From IMG/VR virus record IMGVR_UViG_3300017605_000342, positions 1-64,000 of that record: a stretch of 64,000 nt of DNA; one strand, given 5' to 3'. The first letter of the stretch is position 1; every line of letters begins with the position of its first letter. Below the pieces are notes generated by a model, which ran no database searches, was not told the DNA's origin, and saw only the letters and a program-made list of their open reading frames with translations. Of the stretch, positions 10,416-19,657 are shown piece by piece. Origin of the DNA: a virus. The position numbers and the translations under genes are program-made.

Positions 10416-10868
10416 ATGATTACAGATATCAGTGACCGGAAGCTAATCACTTCCTTCAAGCATGTACGACCAGACCAAAGCGCAGGAATCCCTGGTGGAA
10501 CTTACGCATACATCAAAGTCTTTGACGCAACAAAGAAAGACGAAGACCGTGAAGTAGTGGCGGTCGGGTACGCCCAAATGTATTTCAAAGATAAGGAATT
10601 TAGTAAACAGTTGGGACGCAAGTGGGCGCTACAGTACGCGCTGGGTCTTAACAAAGTCGCATTGCGTCGGCAGCAAAAGCCGGGGCATAAGCCACAAGAA
10701 TCCGTGTACAGCGGCGAGTTTACAAAAGAATTCCGTCAAGCAATTTGGAAGTCTTATTGGGAACAACACCGTATGGGGCCACTAAGCAAGGTGGCTAGAC
10801 TGCAAGCTAAGATTGCAGAACTTGAAGCCACGATCAGTGGTGGCAAGGTGACTAGCGCCAATGGGTAA
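10416..10868 (+). CDS. hypothetical protein
   Basis: GGAG RBS; D.F.K..GR..AL pattern. Confidence 0.6.
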   Translation: MITDISDRKLITSFKHVRPDQSAGIPGGTYAYIKVFDATKKDEDREVVAVGYAQMYFKDKEFSKQLGRKWALQYALGLNKVALRRQQKPGHKPQESVYSGEFTKEFRQAIWKSYWEQHRMGPLSKVARLQAKIAELEATISGGKVTSANG

Positions 10869-11139
10869 TGCGTGGGTTGTTTGGCGTATGGATTGGGAAG
10901 AATCTGAACGTGGGTGGGGCGTGCGGCCTGATGGGTACTCGCTCCACCTTACCCCAGAAGCTTGGACAAAATTCTACGCTGAATTTGTACGCAAAGAAAG
11001 AGAACGTAATCCTTCCGGTATAGTACCAGACGAATACTCACGCCCCTGTTCTGATAACCCCCGTCTTGTAGAAGTAATTAAAAAAGTTTACGATGAAGTG
11101 CATGTAGCTTCCACAAAACATGGTAAGTGGTATCTTTAA
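10861..11139 (+). CDS. conserved-type phage hypothetical protein
   Basis: WEESERGWGVRPDGYSLH...PDEYSRP. Confidence 0.6.
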   Translation: MGNAWVVWRMDWEESERGWGVRPDGYSLHLTPEAWTKFYAEFVRKERERNPSGIVPDEYSRPCSDNPRLVEVIKKVYDEVHVASTKHGKWYL

Positions 11140-11146
11140 TTTCTCC

Positions 11147-11240
11147 GGGTGTCGTTCCCCACGGGCGGCTGTAACCCGCCTGCCTTATCAAATAAGTGGG
11201 GGCGCGTTGGCGTGAGGTTCAAGTCCTTCGGCACCCACCA
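11147..11240 (+). tRNA. atypical tRNA-Tyr(GTA)-like RNA lacking a local D-arm
   Basis: GGGTGTCG/CGGCACCC acceptor, GGCGG-CTGTAAC-CCGCC anticodon arm, GAGG-TTCAAGT-CCTT T-arm, A73-CCA; only 8 nt between acceptor and anticodon arms. Confidence 0.8.
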
Positions 11241-11249
11241 CCCACCAAC

Positions 11250-11292
11250 TACCTTGACAACCGCATCAAATTCCAAAAAAATTTCAAAACGA
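11250..11292 (+). promoter_or_regulatory. Conserved phage promoter-like motif, copy 2
   Basis: TACCTTGACAA-N7-AAATTCC-AAAAAAATTT-CAAAACGA running into the GAGG RBS of ORF 11301. Confidence 0.6.
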
Positions 11293-11300
11293 GGTTTAGC

Positions 11301-11759
11301 ATGATCCTTCAAAAAGCAATTCCCATGAATGCAAGGGGCATTTTTTATGCCACTAAAGACCACCTGTTGGAACAGAACGAAGCAGCGTTCTTGGAGCACA
11401 TGAATAACACGTGTGCCTATCATATAGAAGAAGGCGGTAAACTTCTGGCTTGCGCCATTGGGTTTAGAATACCTAACGCTCTATACAAAGAAGAGTTCGA
11501 AGAAAGAAATGTAATTGATCTAGTAGATGCAGAAATTGAACTACAGTTCTTACGACCTACTGACATGGATGTTGAAGAAGGGAACATCTTCTTGGAGGCG
11601 TTACAGTCTTTGCACGATAGAGTAGACGTTGAAAACTGGCCAAAGGCTTTTGCCATATTAGAAAATTGGTGGTTTCCCAACGAACACTCTATACCGGATA
11701 TGTGGTCTTTACCGTTAGAATTTTCTCATCTATTGAAAGATAGGGCGGTGGATGCATGA
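11301..11759 (+). CDS. hypothetical acidic protein
   Basis: GAGG RBS before ATG 11301; upstream in-frame extension overlaps the tRNA-like RNA. Confidence 0.6.
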   Translation: MILQKAIPMNARGIFYATKDHLLEQNEAAFLEHMNNTCAYHIEEGGKLLACAIGFRIPNALYKEEFEERNVIDLVDAEIELQFLRPTDMDVEEGNIFLEALQSLHDRVDVENWPKAFAILENWWFPNEHSIPDMWSLPLEFSHLLKDRAVDA

Positions 11760-12529
11760 TCCCAGAAGAAATACTACAATCAGACGAGGGTATATCTAAG
11801 TGGTCAATTGTTGTAGCTAAGCGTGGTAGTCAAGCCGATGGTACAGCCACCGCCGCATCAGACACTGACTTGATTTCTATCTGTGTACCGCCAAAGAAAT
11901 ACTACTTAGGTCTATCACAGTATGGCAGTGATGGTTCTAAAGAAGTAAAACAATTTGAGGGATGGGATATAGTTGTGTATGAGTTACACAAGCTTATGCG
12001 GTTGCTTAAAGGTGCTAACCCAAACGTAATGCCGCTGCTATTTCTCGAAGACTTCATGTATGTCCGTAACAGCGAGGCAATGCGGGCGCTGGTAGATCAC
12101 CGCGACCTGTTCATCTCAAAGCAATGCTACGCACCGTTTGTTGGTATGGGCAGAGGCCAACTAACACGCATGACAGTATGGGAAAGCACTCGCAAGCTGG
12201 GCGAGAAGCGTAAGAAACTTGTGGAAACCTACGGCTATGATACCCACAATGCAGCCAGCTTAATCAAAACTGTGCGTCAAGGCATCGAGTTGTTAAACAC
12301 TGGTAGAATGTTTCTTGATAGACGTAGCATAGATGCACAAGAAATTACAGATATCAAACGTGGCAAGTGGAGCATGGAAAAGATTAAAACTGAAGCTGAC
12401 AGCTTGTTTGAACGGGCAAAAGAAGCACTAGAAAAATCACCACTACCAGAGAACGTTGACTTTGATAAGATCAATGACCTGACAGTGAAGCTTGTTCAGG
12501 TTGCTTGGAAAGGACGCGACGAACGGTAA
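11756..12529 (+). CDS. Pol-beta superfamily nucleotidyltransferase (RlaP/YcgL-like)
   Basis: RGSQA.G....SDTDL, DIVVYEL, NPN, YGYDT, L.TG, IKRGK motifs. Confidence 0.85.
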   Translation: MIPEEILQSDEGISKWSIVVAKRGSQADGTATAASDTDLISICVPPKKYYLGLSQYGSDGSKEVKQFEGWDIVVYELHKLMRLLKGANPNVMPLLFLEDFMYVRNSEAMRALVDHRDLFISKQCYAPFVGMGRGQLTRMTVWESTRKLGEKRKKLVETYGYDTHNAASLIKTVRQGIELLNTGRMFLDRRSIDAQEITDIKRGKWSMEKIKTEADSLFERAKEALEKSPLPENVDFDKINDLTVKLVQVAWKGRDER

Positions 12530-12969
12530 TGCCTAAATACATCTTCGCAACCGGAAGTAGTGACGAGAACTACGATGCCAATTGTGGCTGTGGTTTGGTA
12601 GAAATCGATGAACTGTATGCAGCACACCTGTTGGTGTTGATGAACACTGCCAAACAACTTGAGGCAGAAGACAATAATTTACTGCGCATAAGTTACTTCG
12701 ATTATTCAGTTCAATACTTTGACTTAGAAAGCACAAGCGCAATTGAAGATGAAGTAATAGCCGGGTTATACGCGGGTGAGATTCGTGAGCTACCAGAAGG
12801 GGTTGACATCCCTGAAAAACTTTTCCAGAACATTGATGTAGCATCGGTGCATGTAGACGGAGACGATCTCTTTTATGAAGCCATCCCCAAACACACAAGC
12901 ATCACACTTACCTCACCGTATTTCACCCGCCAGTTTTTGGAGGATGTATGTCAGCAGACCACAAAGTAA
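12529..12969 (+). CDS. hypothetical acidic protein
   Basis: TAATG coupling to the upstream gene. Confidence 0.6.
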   Translation: MPKYIFATGSSDENYDANCGCGLVEIDELYAAHLLVLMNTAKQLEAEDNNLLRISYFDYSVQYFDLESTSAIEDEVIAGLYAGEIRELPEGVDIPEKLFQNIDVASVHVDGDDLFYEAIPKHTSITLTSPYFTRQFLEDVCQQTTK

Positions 12970-13621
12970 CACCAGAACTTGTGATGACATTGATTGTGTT
13001 AGCCGTCATGCTCATAGGCTGCGTCTTGGTATACCTAGTCACATGATTCAAATTAATTGGGAACGCGGCAAGCAGAAACACGCTGTCATCGTTAACACAC
13101 AAGTACAGTCGGATGTAGAATACGTAGCAATAGAGCTAGGGTTAACCAAGTACTGGTTGTCTTATCCTAAAAAGATAAATGACATTCTAATAATTAAAGA
13201 TTACAGTTTGTTGTGCCCAGAAGGAAATATATTCTACGGCCCCAAAGGGGAGGTTCCTCACATGACAGTAGCTGATGCATACGCCCTTATTGCAGATAAG
13301 AAGGGTAGGTTTTTCACGGTAACATTCCGTAGAAAGACCGCGAAGTTTGAAGTAATCAACGGTAAACGTACCAAAGTTGCAGACAAAGGTGACTTGCGCA
13401 CCATGCTGTGTCGTCGTGGTGTAAAGCAATTCACCAACACGGCGCTTGGCTTTAAAGGTAAGGTCAAGAATACTGATTGGGAAGACTTGCGTAATGACAC
13501 TCTCACTGTGTTTGATGTTGGATTGTATAATGCTTACAGGGCGGGCGGCCTGCGGGCAGTTACTGCCGGTCGTAGAGCCTACCGCAAAATCAACCTGCGA
13601 GAAATTGTATCAGTGTCATGA
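12944..13621 (+). CDS. hypothetical protein; C-terminal SH3-like phage domain with its own internal start at 13262
   Basis: FFTVTFRRK..GDLRTM.CR.GV..VFD..YRKINL; GGGGAGG RBS before internal ATG. Confidence 0.55.
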   Translation: MYVSRPQSNTRTCDDIDCVSRHAHRLRLGIPSHMIQINWERGKQKHAVIVNTQVQSDVEYVAIELGLTKYWLSYPKKINDILIIKDYSLLCPEGNIFYGPKGEVPHMTVADAYALIADKKGRFFTVTFRRKTAKFEVINGKRTKVADKGDLRTMLCRRGVKQFTNTALGFKGKVKNTDWEDLRNDTLTVFDVGLYNAYRAGGLRAVTAGRRAYRKINLREIVSVS

Positions 13622-14295
13622 CCACTGAGCAAGAAAAGCTGGTACTGGAAAACCAGCACCTTATCCCCAAAATCGTGGGAAGATGCCTCCGTCTTATCGG
13701 CGGAGGTATCGCCTTGCACGCCGAAGATCTAGTCTCCGAAGGTTACCTAGCCCTAATAGAAGCAGCGAAAAAGTATGACTCTACCAAAGACGTTTCGTTT
13801 AAATATCTCACCAACCTCCTTGTTCCTTACCGTATCATTGACTACTTACGTCGAATAGATGCTCTCACCAAACTAGAAAGAAAACTCTTAAAGAAAGATC
13901 TTGCAACACGGCAAGTAACAGCTAAAAGTAAAAGCCTACAACTTAGAGAACCTGGGTGGGTAGAACAATTACCTGTAGGTAGGTTATCGCTGAACGATGC
14001 ACAACGTACAGAAAAGGTTGTTGTGTGGGAAAAAATAGATACCCATACCCCAGAGATTGATGTTAATCGCAAAGAAGCTTTGCACCTAATCAAAAGCTTG
14101 GGGTTAAAGTATCTAGGTAAAAGAAACTTAGAGATCTTGCTGGATTTGTACATCAAAGAAGATCCTGCTGTAGATCTTGCAAAGAAGCATGACGTTAATG
14201 AGTCCTACATATCTCAAGTCAAAACCAAAAATCTAGCTGTATTAAAGAAACAATTGGCACGACGTGGATATTCCCAATTGAACCATCTACTATGA
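13618..14295 (+). CDS. RNA polymerase sigma-70 family factor (FliA/WhiG-like)
   Basis: EDLVSEGYLALIEAAKKYD region 2, IIDYLRRID, C-terminal region 4 HTH LAKKHDVNESYISQ. Confidence 0.88.
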   Translation: MTTEQEKLVLENQHLIPKIVGRCLRLIGGGIALHAEDLVSEGYLALIEAAKKYDSTKDVSFKYLTNLLVPYRIIDYLRRIDALTKLERKLLKKDLATRQVTAKSKSLQLREPGWVEQLPVGRLSLNDAQRTEKVVVWEKIDTHTPEIDVNRKEALHLIKSLGLKYLGKRNLEILLDLYIKEDPAVDLAKKHDVNESYISQVKTKNLAVLKKQLARRGYSQLNHLL

Positions 14296-14302
14296 GGGCA
14301 TA

Positions 14303-15424
14303 ATGTACCTACCTACGCTCTACAAAAGAGCAACAACTGGAGCAATCCAGCAATGGACTATCGAAGTTGACGGTGACAAATACCGTACAATCGCGGGCCA
14401 ACGTGGTGGTCAATTAACCACTACCGAATGGACTGACTGTGAAGGTAAGAACGTTGGGCGGTCTAATGAAACAACGCCTGCCGAACAATCCCTAGCTGAA
14501 GCTAAAGCTAAATGGAAAAAGAAATCTGAAAAGGGGTACGTTGAAAACATCCAGAAAGTAGACGACTCCGGGTTCATGCAGGTTATGCTGGCACAGAACT
14601 ACGAAGACCGCGTTGAAGAGATTGATTTTACCAACGATGGGGCTGTAGTCAGTCCTAAGTTAGACGGTATACGCTGTGTGGTTGACAATAAAGGCATGTG
14701 GTCACGTGAGGGGAAATCTTTACTGGCAGGTAGCCCACATATCTTTAGAGCCTTGAAACCATTCTTAGATAGCTATCCACAACTGACAGATGGTGAGCTA
14801 TACAATCACCAATTCAAAGATAATTTCAATAAGATAGTTTCCTTAATCAAAAAACAAAAACCTACGCCAGAAGAACTCGAAGAGTCAGAGAGACTAGTGC
14901 AATACTGGATCTTTGATTGCGTGGAAGATAACCTGTCTTGGTTTGTGCGCTTTATTAACAACAGTGAACTACGTAAGTATATAACAAAGCACCCATGTAT
15001 AAAGATGGTTATAAATCATTCCGTGGCATCGCCCAAAGACGTTGATGACGCTTTTAAGAAATATCGTAGAGAAGGGTTTGAGGGTGCTATGGTTAGATGG
15101 GGTATCCACAACATAGGGTATGACCACAAACGTAGTAAGTATCTCTTGAAGTACAAGGATTTTGTCACAGATGAATTCGAGATTGTCGATGTTCTTACCG
15201 GGCGTGGTAACAAGGCAGACAAAGCAGCCAAGATTAAATGCAGGGATAAGCGCGGAGTCACCTTCGAAGCTAACATTGAGGGTGACTGGGATTTTTGTAC
15301 ACAACTGTTGGCCGACAAGAGCCAGGTGATAGGCAAACAAGGTACAGTTAGATACCAGAATCTAACACCAGACGAACAGGTGCCACGCATTGGGTACCTG
15401 ATTGCGATCAGAGACTATGAGTAA
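14303..15424 (+). CDS. ATP-dependent DNA ligase with N-terminal WGR-like extension
   Basis: SPKLDGIRC, DGELY, FD, EGAMVR, KRS..LLKYK, OB domain. Confidence 0.93.
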   Translation: MYLPTLYKRATTGAIQQWTIEVDGDKYRTIAGQRGGQLTTTEWTDCEGKNVGRSNETTPAEQSLAEAKAKWKKKSEKGYVENIQKVDDSGFMQVMLAQNYEDRVEEIDFTNDGAVVSPKLDGIRCVVDNKGMWSREGKSLLAGSPHIFRALKPFLDSYPQLTDGELYNHQFKDNFNKIVSLIKKQKPTPEELEESERLVQYWIFDCVEDNLSWFVRFINNSELRKYITKHPCIKMVINHSVASPKDVDDAFKKYRREGFEGAMVRWGIHNIGYDHKRSKYLLKYKDFVTDEFEIVDVLTGRGNKADKAAKIKCRDKRGVTFEANIEGDWDFCTQLLADKSQVIGKQGTVRYQNLTPDEQVPRIGYLIAIRDYE

Positions 15425-15622
15425 AACCAGAACATACTACAAACACTCTCAGTTAGTGTTAGTAGAGTTTAATAATACTTGTCCATTTGTTGAAAAGTTT
15501 GTAAGTAACGAACCCATAACCATAGATAGAGTTGCAGAGTTTATTGATGAGCGCGATGGCTTTGATGAAGGACGTGACGCTATCACGTTTGTTGATGACC
15601 TAGACGACGGAGGGACAGAGTT

Positions 15623-15802
15623 ATGAAACTAACAATAACATTTAAAGATCCAGATGCAGTAGACCAAGCATTGAGTAGCTTAGATGAGTTTGATGAAGAA
15701 AAAGCTTCTCTAGCAATCTACAACTGGGTGAAGTACGGAGAGTACCTGTCGGTTGTTATAGATACTGATACTGGAGAATGTACCCCAGTGAGGGCACAAT
15801 GA
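15623..15802 (+). CDS. small hypothetical protein (below the ORF-track cut-off)
   Basis: MKLTITFKDPD...WVKYGEYLSVVIDT; ATGA overlaps at both ends. Confidence 0.6.
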   Translation: MKLTITFKDPDAVDQALSSLDEFDEEKASLAIYNWVKYGEYLSVVIDTDTGECTPVRAQ

Positions 15803-16024
15803 AACTACGAAAACTCAATGATTTAATCTTGGAGTGCGGTGAAGTTAAAAGATATAAGCCAGGTAACTTGGCTTCTATTTTAGAAGACCGTCTTGCTGAC
15901 CTATTTGTACATGGTACTATTGATTCTATTGAAGAGTTGATTGAGTTAGTGGTAAATGACGTAAGAGCAGACAATGCTCGGGGTGGTGCTATACCCTACA
16001 TGAACGAGAAGTCACTAAGAGAAT

Positions 16025-16627
16025 ATGCGAGTCCTTGTTGCTTGTGAGTTCTCTGGGGTAGTGCGGAATGCTTTCAGGGCGCGTGGTCATGATGCTTGGT
16101 CTTGCGATTTACTGCCTGCCTCTGACAATTCCAACTACCACATAGAAACGGATATAATCCACGTCCTTACAGCACGTCCTTGGGATTTAATGATAGCCCA
16201 CCCACCCTGCACATACCTCACAAACGCGGGGGTATGTCATTTACACACAGACAAGGATCGTTGGAAAAAGATGGAAGCTGGTGCTAAGTTTTTTAAATCC
16301 TTGCTTAATGCGCCAATTCCCCACATTGCAGTAGAAAACCCCATCATGCATAAATACGCTGTAAATATTATAGGTCGCCGACAAGACCAAGTTATACAGC
16401 CGTGGATGTTCGGACACAAGGAACAAAAAGCCACTTGCTTATGGTTAAAAGGCGTCCCAAAATTAGTGCCAACAAAAGACGTACGCAAAGCAATGATGCA
16501 ATTACCCAAAGCGCAGAGAGAACGTGTGCACTGGTTACCGCCTAGCAAGGACAGGTGGAAACTACGCAGCATAACCTATTATGGCATTGCGGAAGCAATG
16601 GCCCAACAGTGGGGAGGTTTAGCATGA
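16025..16627 (+). CDS. phage DNA cytosine methyltransferase-like protein
   Basis: VLVACEFSG, HPPCT, ENP, QPWMFG, GIAEAMAQQWG. Confidence 0.8.
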   Translation: MRVLVACEFSGVVRNAFRARGHDAWSCDLLPASDNSNYHIETDIIHVLTARPWDLMIAHPPCTYLTNAGVCHLHTDKDRWKKMEAGAKFFKSLLNAPIPHIAVENPIMHKYAVNIIGRRQDQVIQPWMFGHKEQKATCLWLKGVPKLVPTKDVRKAMMQLPKAQRERVHWLPPSKDRWKLRSITYYGIAEAMAQQWGGLA

Positions 16628-17466
16628 AAATCTACAAAGATCCTAGCCGTGGTACGGGAGAACGTAGATTCTTTTATCATTGGTTTAAACAAAAGCAGGC
16701 ATGGTCAGTGCATTTTGCCAACGCATGCCACGTAGTAAATGACATTCACTGTTTTGTACCATGTGAAACCAAGAGACGGAAGACTCAACCCAAAGCAGTA
16801 ATGCAGGGTTGGGCACACGAAGTCAAAATTAAAAACGGCGTTGCGCAAATCATATGATGCTCAAGTGGGTCGTTGAATTTTATGTACATGATACGTGGGT
16901 TTCAGATGGCTTCGAGTTAGATGACGAACGGGCGCTGGACATGCTGTCTAACGATCTTGCATACGCTATACCCGGTGTAGAGTTAGAAGCTAAAGTTATC
17001 AAAAAACCTAATCCGAAAGTGATTGCCAAACTACAGGGGTTTAGCAATGGGAATGATTGAATGCTTTATGCGCAAAGTACCTGACAGCCAAACAGCCGTC
17101 AAGTACATGAACACTGTGGCCCGCAACATTGATAGGAATGAGAGTGAGAAAGAAGGCTATGAGGTACGCACCCTCAAACCAGAAGATTTTGATTGGGCGT
17201 GGGATGCACAAGACAATCTAAAAAAAGAAGCTGACATAAGAGAAAAATATAAGTTGCTGACTGACCAAGGGCGTGTTATATTTGTGGAGATAGACTGGTG
17301 AGAACTTTCTCAGGCCACATGACACGGTGGGGATCACTGGCTAGCTTGGCTACGTGTATTAAAGTATCAATTACAGCAGCGATAGCACACGAACCAAGCC
17401 CAAGAGCTGTACTGTATTTAGTATTGTCTGGAATTCTTTGGTGGTTTGCATGGGAGGCTGACCGTT

Positions 17467-18858
17467 ATGGCCCTTAAATCCTACGATCACGGCACACAGC
17501 CGTTTCCTGCAACGTATGATGTTGTTAAAATACACACGTTGCAGATGACAAACATGGGAGAAGGTAACAATAAGTTTTACAATATTGAATTACAGAGATC
17601 AGGCAGCCAATACAGAATATATACTTCGTACGGACGTACAGGTGCTGCCTATGTAAAAAACGAAGACAGGTTCCCGTCAGAGTACAATGCAGATTCAGAG
17701 TACCAATCCATTCTTAGTTCAAAGCTAAAGAAGGGATACCGGGAAGTCAAAGTCGCAACTGCAAAGCACGCATCGGCTGTAGGTCAATCACAGATTCTGT
17801 CACAAGATTTCGCAAAGCCTGCCACAGTACCTAGCACAACTGCCAGTGCTGTTACCACAGACTCTCGTATCATTCCGTTAATCGAGCGGCTATATGCAGA
17901 GGCAGGGCAGGGCTGTCAGTCACAGTTGCACGGCTCACTTAAAACATCAGCGGACAACCCACTAGGTACACTAACCCTCGGGCAGATTGACGCCGGCAAG
18001 CAAGTGTTAAACGAAGTTAATGCGTGGTTAGTTGCAAACCCGCACGAAGTTAATAAACTACACGCTAAAATTATTAGCTGGACAAATGACTTTTACTCTG
18101 CAATACCACAGCAGATCCCGCTGCGTCCAAAAGATCCGGTTGGCCGCGAGCAATACCTTAAGCAGTATTGTTTGAACCGTCCAGAAATCTTGGACGAAAA
18201 GTATGACTTACTAGATCTTCTGGCCAAGGTAGATGACATGAAGATTGGGTTCCACTCCAATGACATTGACAAGAAGTACGAAGAAACCAACACTGTCTAT
18301 GCGCCAGCCACGGCACAAGAAACAGAATATGCAAAGACTTACATGGTCAATTCACAGTCTAAGCACCACAATTGGAACCTAGTACCTGTCAGGGTGTGGT
18401 CAGTAGCCTCACGTGCACAGAAAAACAACTTGACTTACATGCAACCAATTGGTAATATCCAACGGTTGTTTCATGGCACTGGTGCCCAGAACGTTTTGGG
18501 TATTTGCCGTAAAGGCTTCTTGTTGAAGCCTGCTGGTGTTTACGTTTCCGGTAAGATGTTTGGTGAGGGTACATACTTTGCAGACCAGTCTACTAAATCT
18601 TCACAGTATGCCACTGGCCGTTTCGGTGGCTATGCGTCACACCACGGCGATACATCATTTATGTTCATCGTAGACGTGGCGTTGGGACGTATCAAAGAAT
18701 ATGAAAACAGTCAATGGAATCTTGTCAAGCCTCCAGCAGGATTTGACTCCGTAAAAGGTGTGAAGGGTTCTTCACTGTTGCACAACGAATTCATTGTATA
18801 TTCTGAAAAGCAAAATGTAATCACCCTACTAATAGAGTTCAAACAAACATACAGATGA
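17467..18858 (+). CDS. poly(ADP-ribose) polymerase: WGR + helical regulatory + ART catalytic domain
   Basis: NNKFYNIEL..YGRTG..KLKKGY; PLGTLT..QI, FYSAIP; LFHGT, GKMFGEGTYFAD..KSSQY, VALG, DSVKG, LLHNEFIVY (H-Y-E triad). Confidence 0.92.
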   Translation: MALKSYDHGTQPFPATYDVVKIHTLQMTNMGEGNNKFYNIELQRSGSQYRIYTSYGRTGAAYVKNEDRFPSEYNADSEYQSILSSKLKKGYREVKVATAKHASAVGQSQILSQDFAKPATVPSTTASAVTTDSRIIPLIERLYAEAGQGCQSQLHGSLKTSADNPLGTLTLGQIDAGKQVLNEVNAWLVANPHEVNKLHAKIISWTNDFYSAIPQQIPLRPKDPVGREQYLKQYCLNRPEILDEKYDLLDLLAKVDDMKIGFHSNDIDKKYEETNTVYAPATAQETEYAKTYMVNSQSKHHNWNLVPVRVWSVASRAQKNNLTYMQPIGNIQRLFHGTGAQNVLGICRKGFLLKPAGVYVSGKMFGEGTYFADQSTKSSQYATGRFGGYASHHGDTSFMFIVDVALGRIKEYENSQWNLVKPPAGFDSVKGVKGSSLLHNEFIVYSEKQNVITLLIEFKQTYR

Positions 18859-19129
18859 TTATCAACGAAGATCACATCCTGAAGACCATAGCCGAAGAGT
18901 TACAACGTATTGCTGACCAATATGAAATCAAGGTGTTGTGGCCGCCGACACCAACGCCTAATGACCCGTGGGCAAGGGGCAAGAACAGACGTAATCTAGC
19001 ATGTTACATTGTAGATTACATTAACCACGAACAAGAGCGACATGGTAAAACCTTTGTTGTAGATGATACAATGATTCTTGATGCCATCGCTGCTTACAAG
19101 TCTATCAATGAATTAACAATGGTAGTTAT

Positions 19130-19657
19130 ATGAAACTCTCACACGTTAAATCTCGCGTACATGTACCGGATGACTTTGATTATTTACGATCACGTAAAGC
19201 AATACATCCTAGCTGTCCCACTGCTGACAACGACTATTGTGAGTGCACGCTAGATCAAGGTACATTTGGGGAAAGCAAACCAGCACGGTGGTTAGCTGAC
19301 CAATTATCAACCCCAGAACATCTACGCCATATTCGTAGTGTGTCTGCACTGCTGGAAAAATATAATCGTAGGCTTAACATTCTAGAAAACATGTTTCGTA
19401 GAGAACACCTGGCAATTGTATGGGGTGTTGGGTCAGCGTACGAACGCCCTATACAGAAACATTTCCACGAACTTGCGGTGGTGGTGGTGAAAGCCTTAAA
19501 GAAGGAAACATCTACCAAAGTGTTCAGCCACGAGTGGCCTCAAAAAATTAAAGACTGTGTTAATAATCTTGTAACGGCAAAAACAAATAAGCTGTTAAAA
19601 ACTCTGGTAGACTGGAGGCGTCGTGGAAAGATCGACATTTCGGACTGCGGTTTTTGA
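19130..19657 (+). CDS. hypothetical protein
   Basis: 175 aa ORF, ATGA-coupled. Confidence 0.55.
   Translation: MKLSHVKSRVHVPDDFDYLRSRKAIHPSCPTADNDYCECTLDQGTFGESKPARWLADQLSTPEHLRHIRSVSALLEKYNRRLNILENMFRREHLAIVWGVGSAYERPIQKHFHELAVVVVKALKKETSTKVFSHEWPQKIKDCVNNLVTAKTNKLLKTLVDWRRRGKIDISDCGF

Noticed and set aside
11147-11240. Y RNA (YrlA), tmRNA fragment or intron-containing tRNA explanations for the odd tRNA
   Set aside because: It keeps a complete anticodon arm and CCA, has no tag ORF or Ro60 gene in the window, and the extra sequence is in the variable region rather than the anticodon loop
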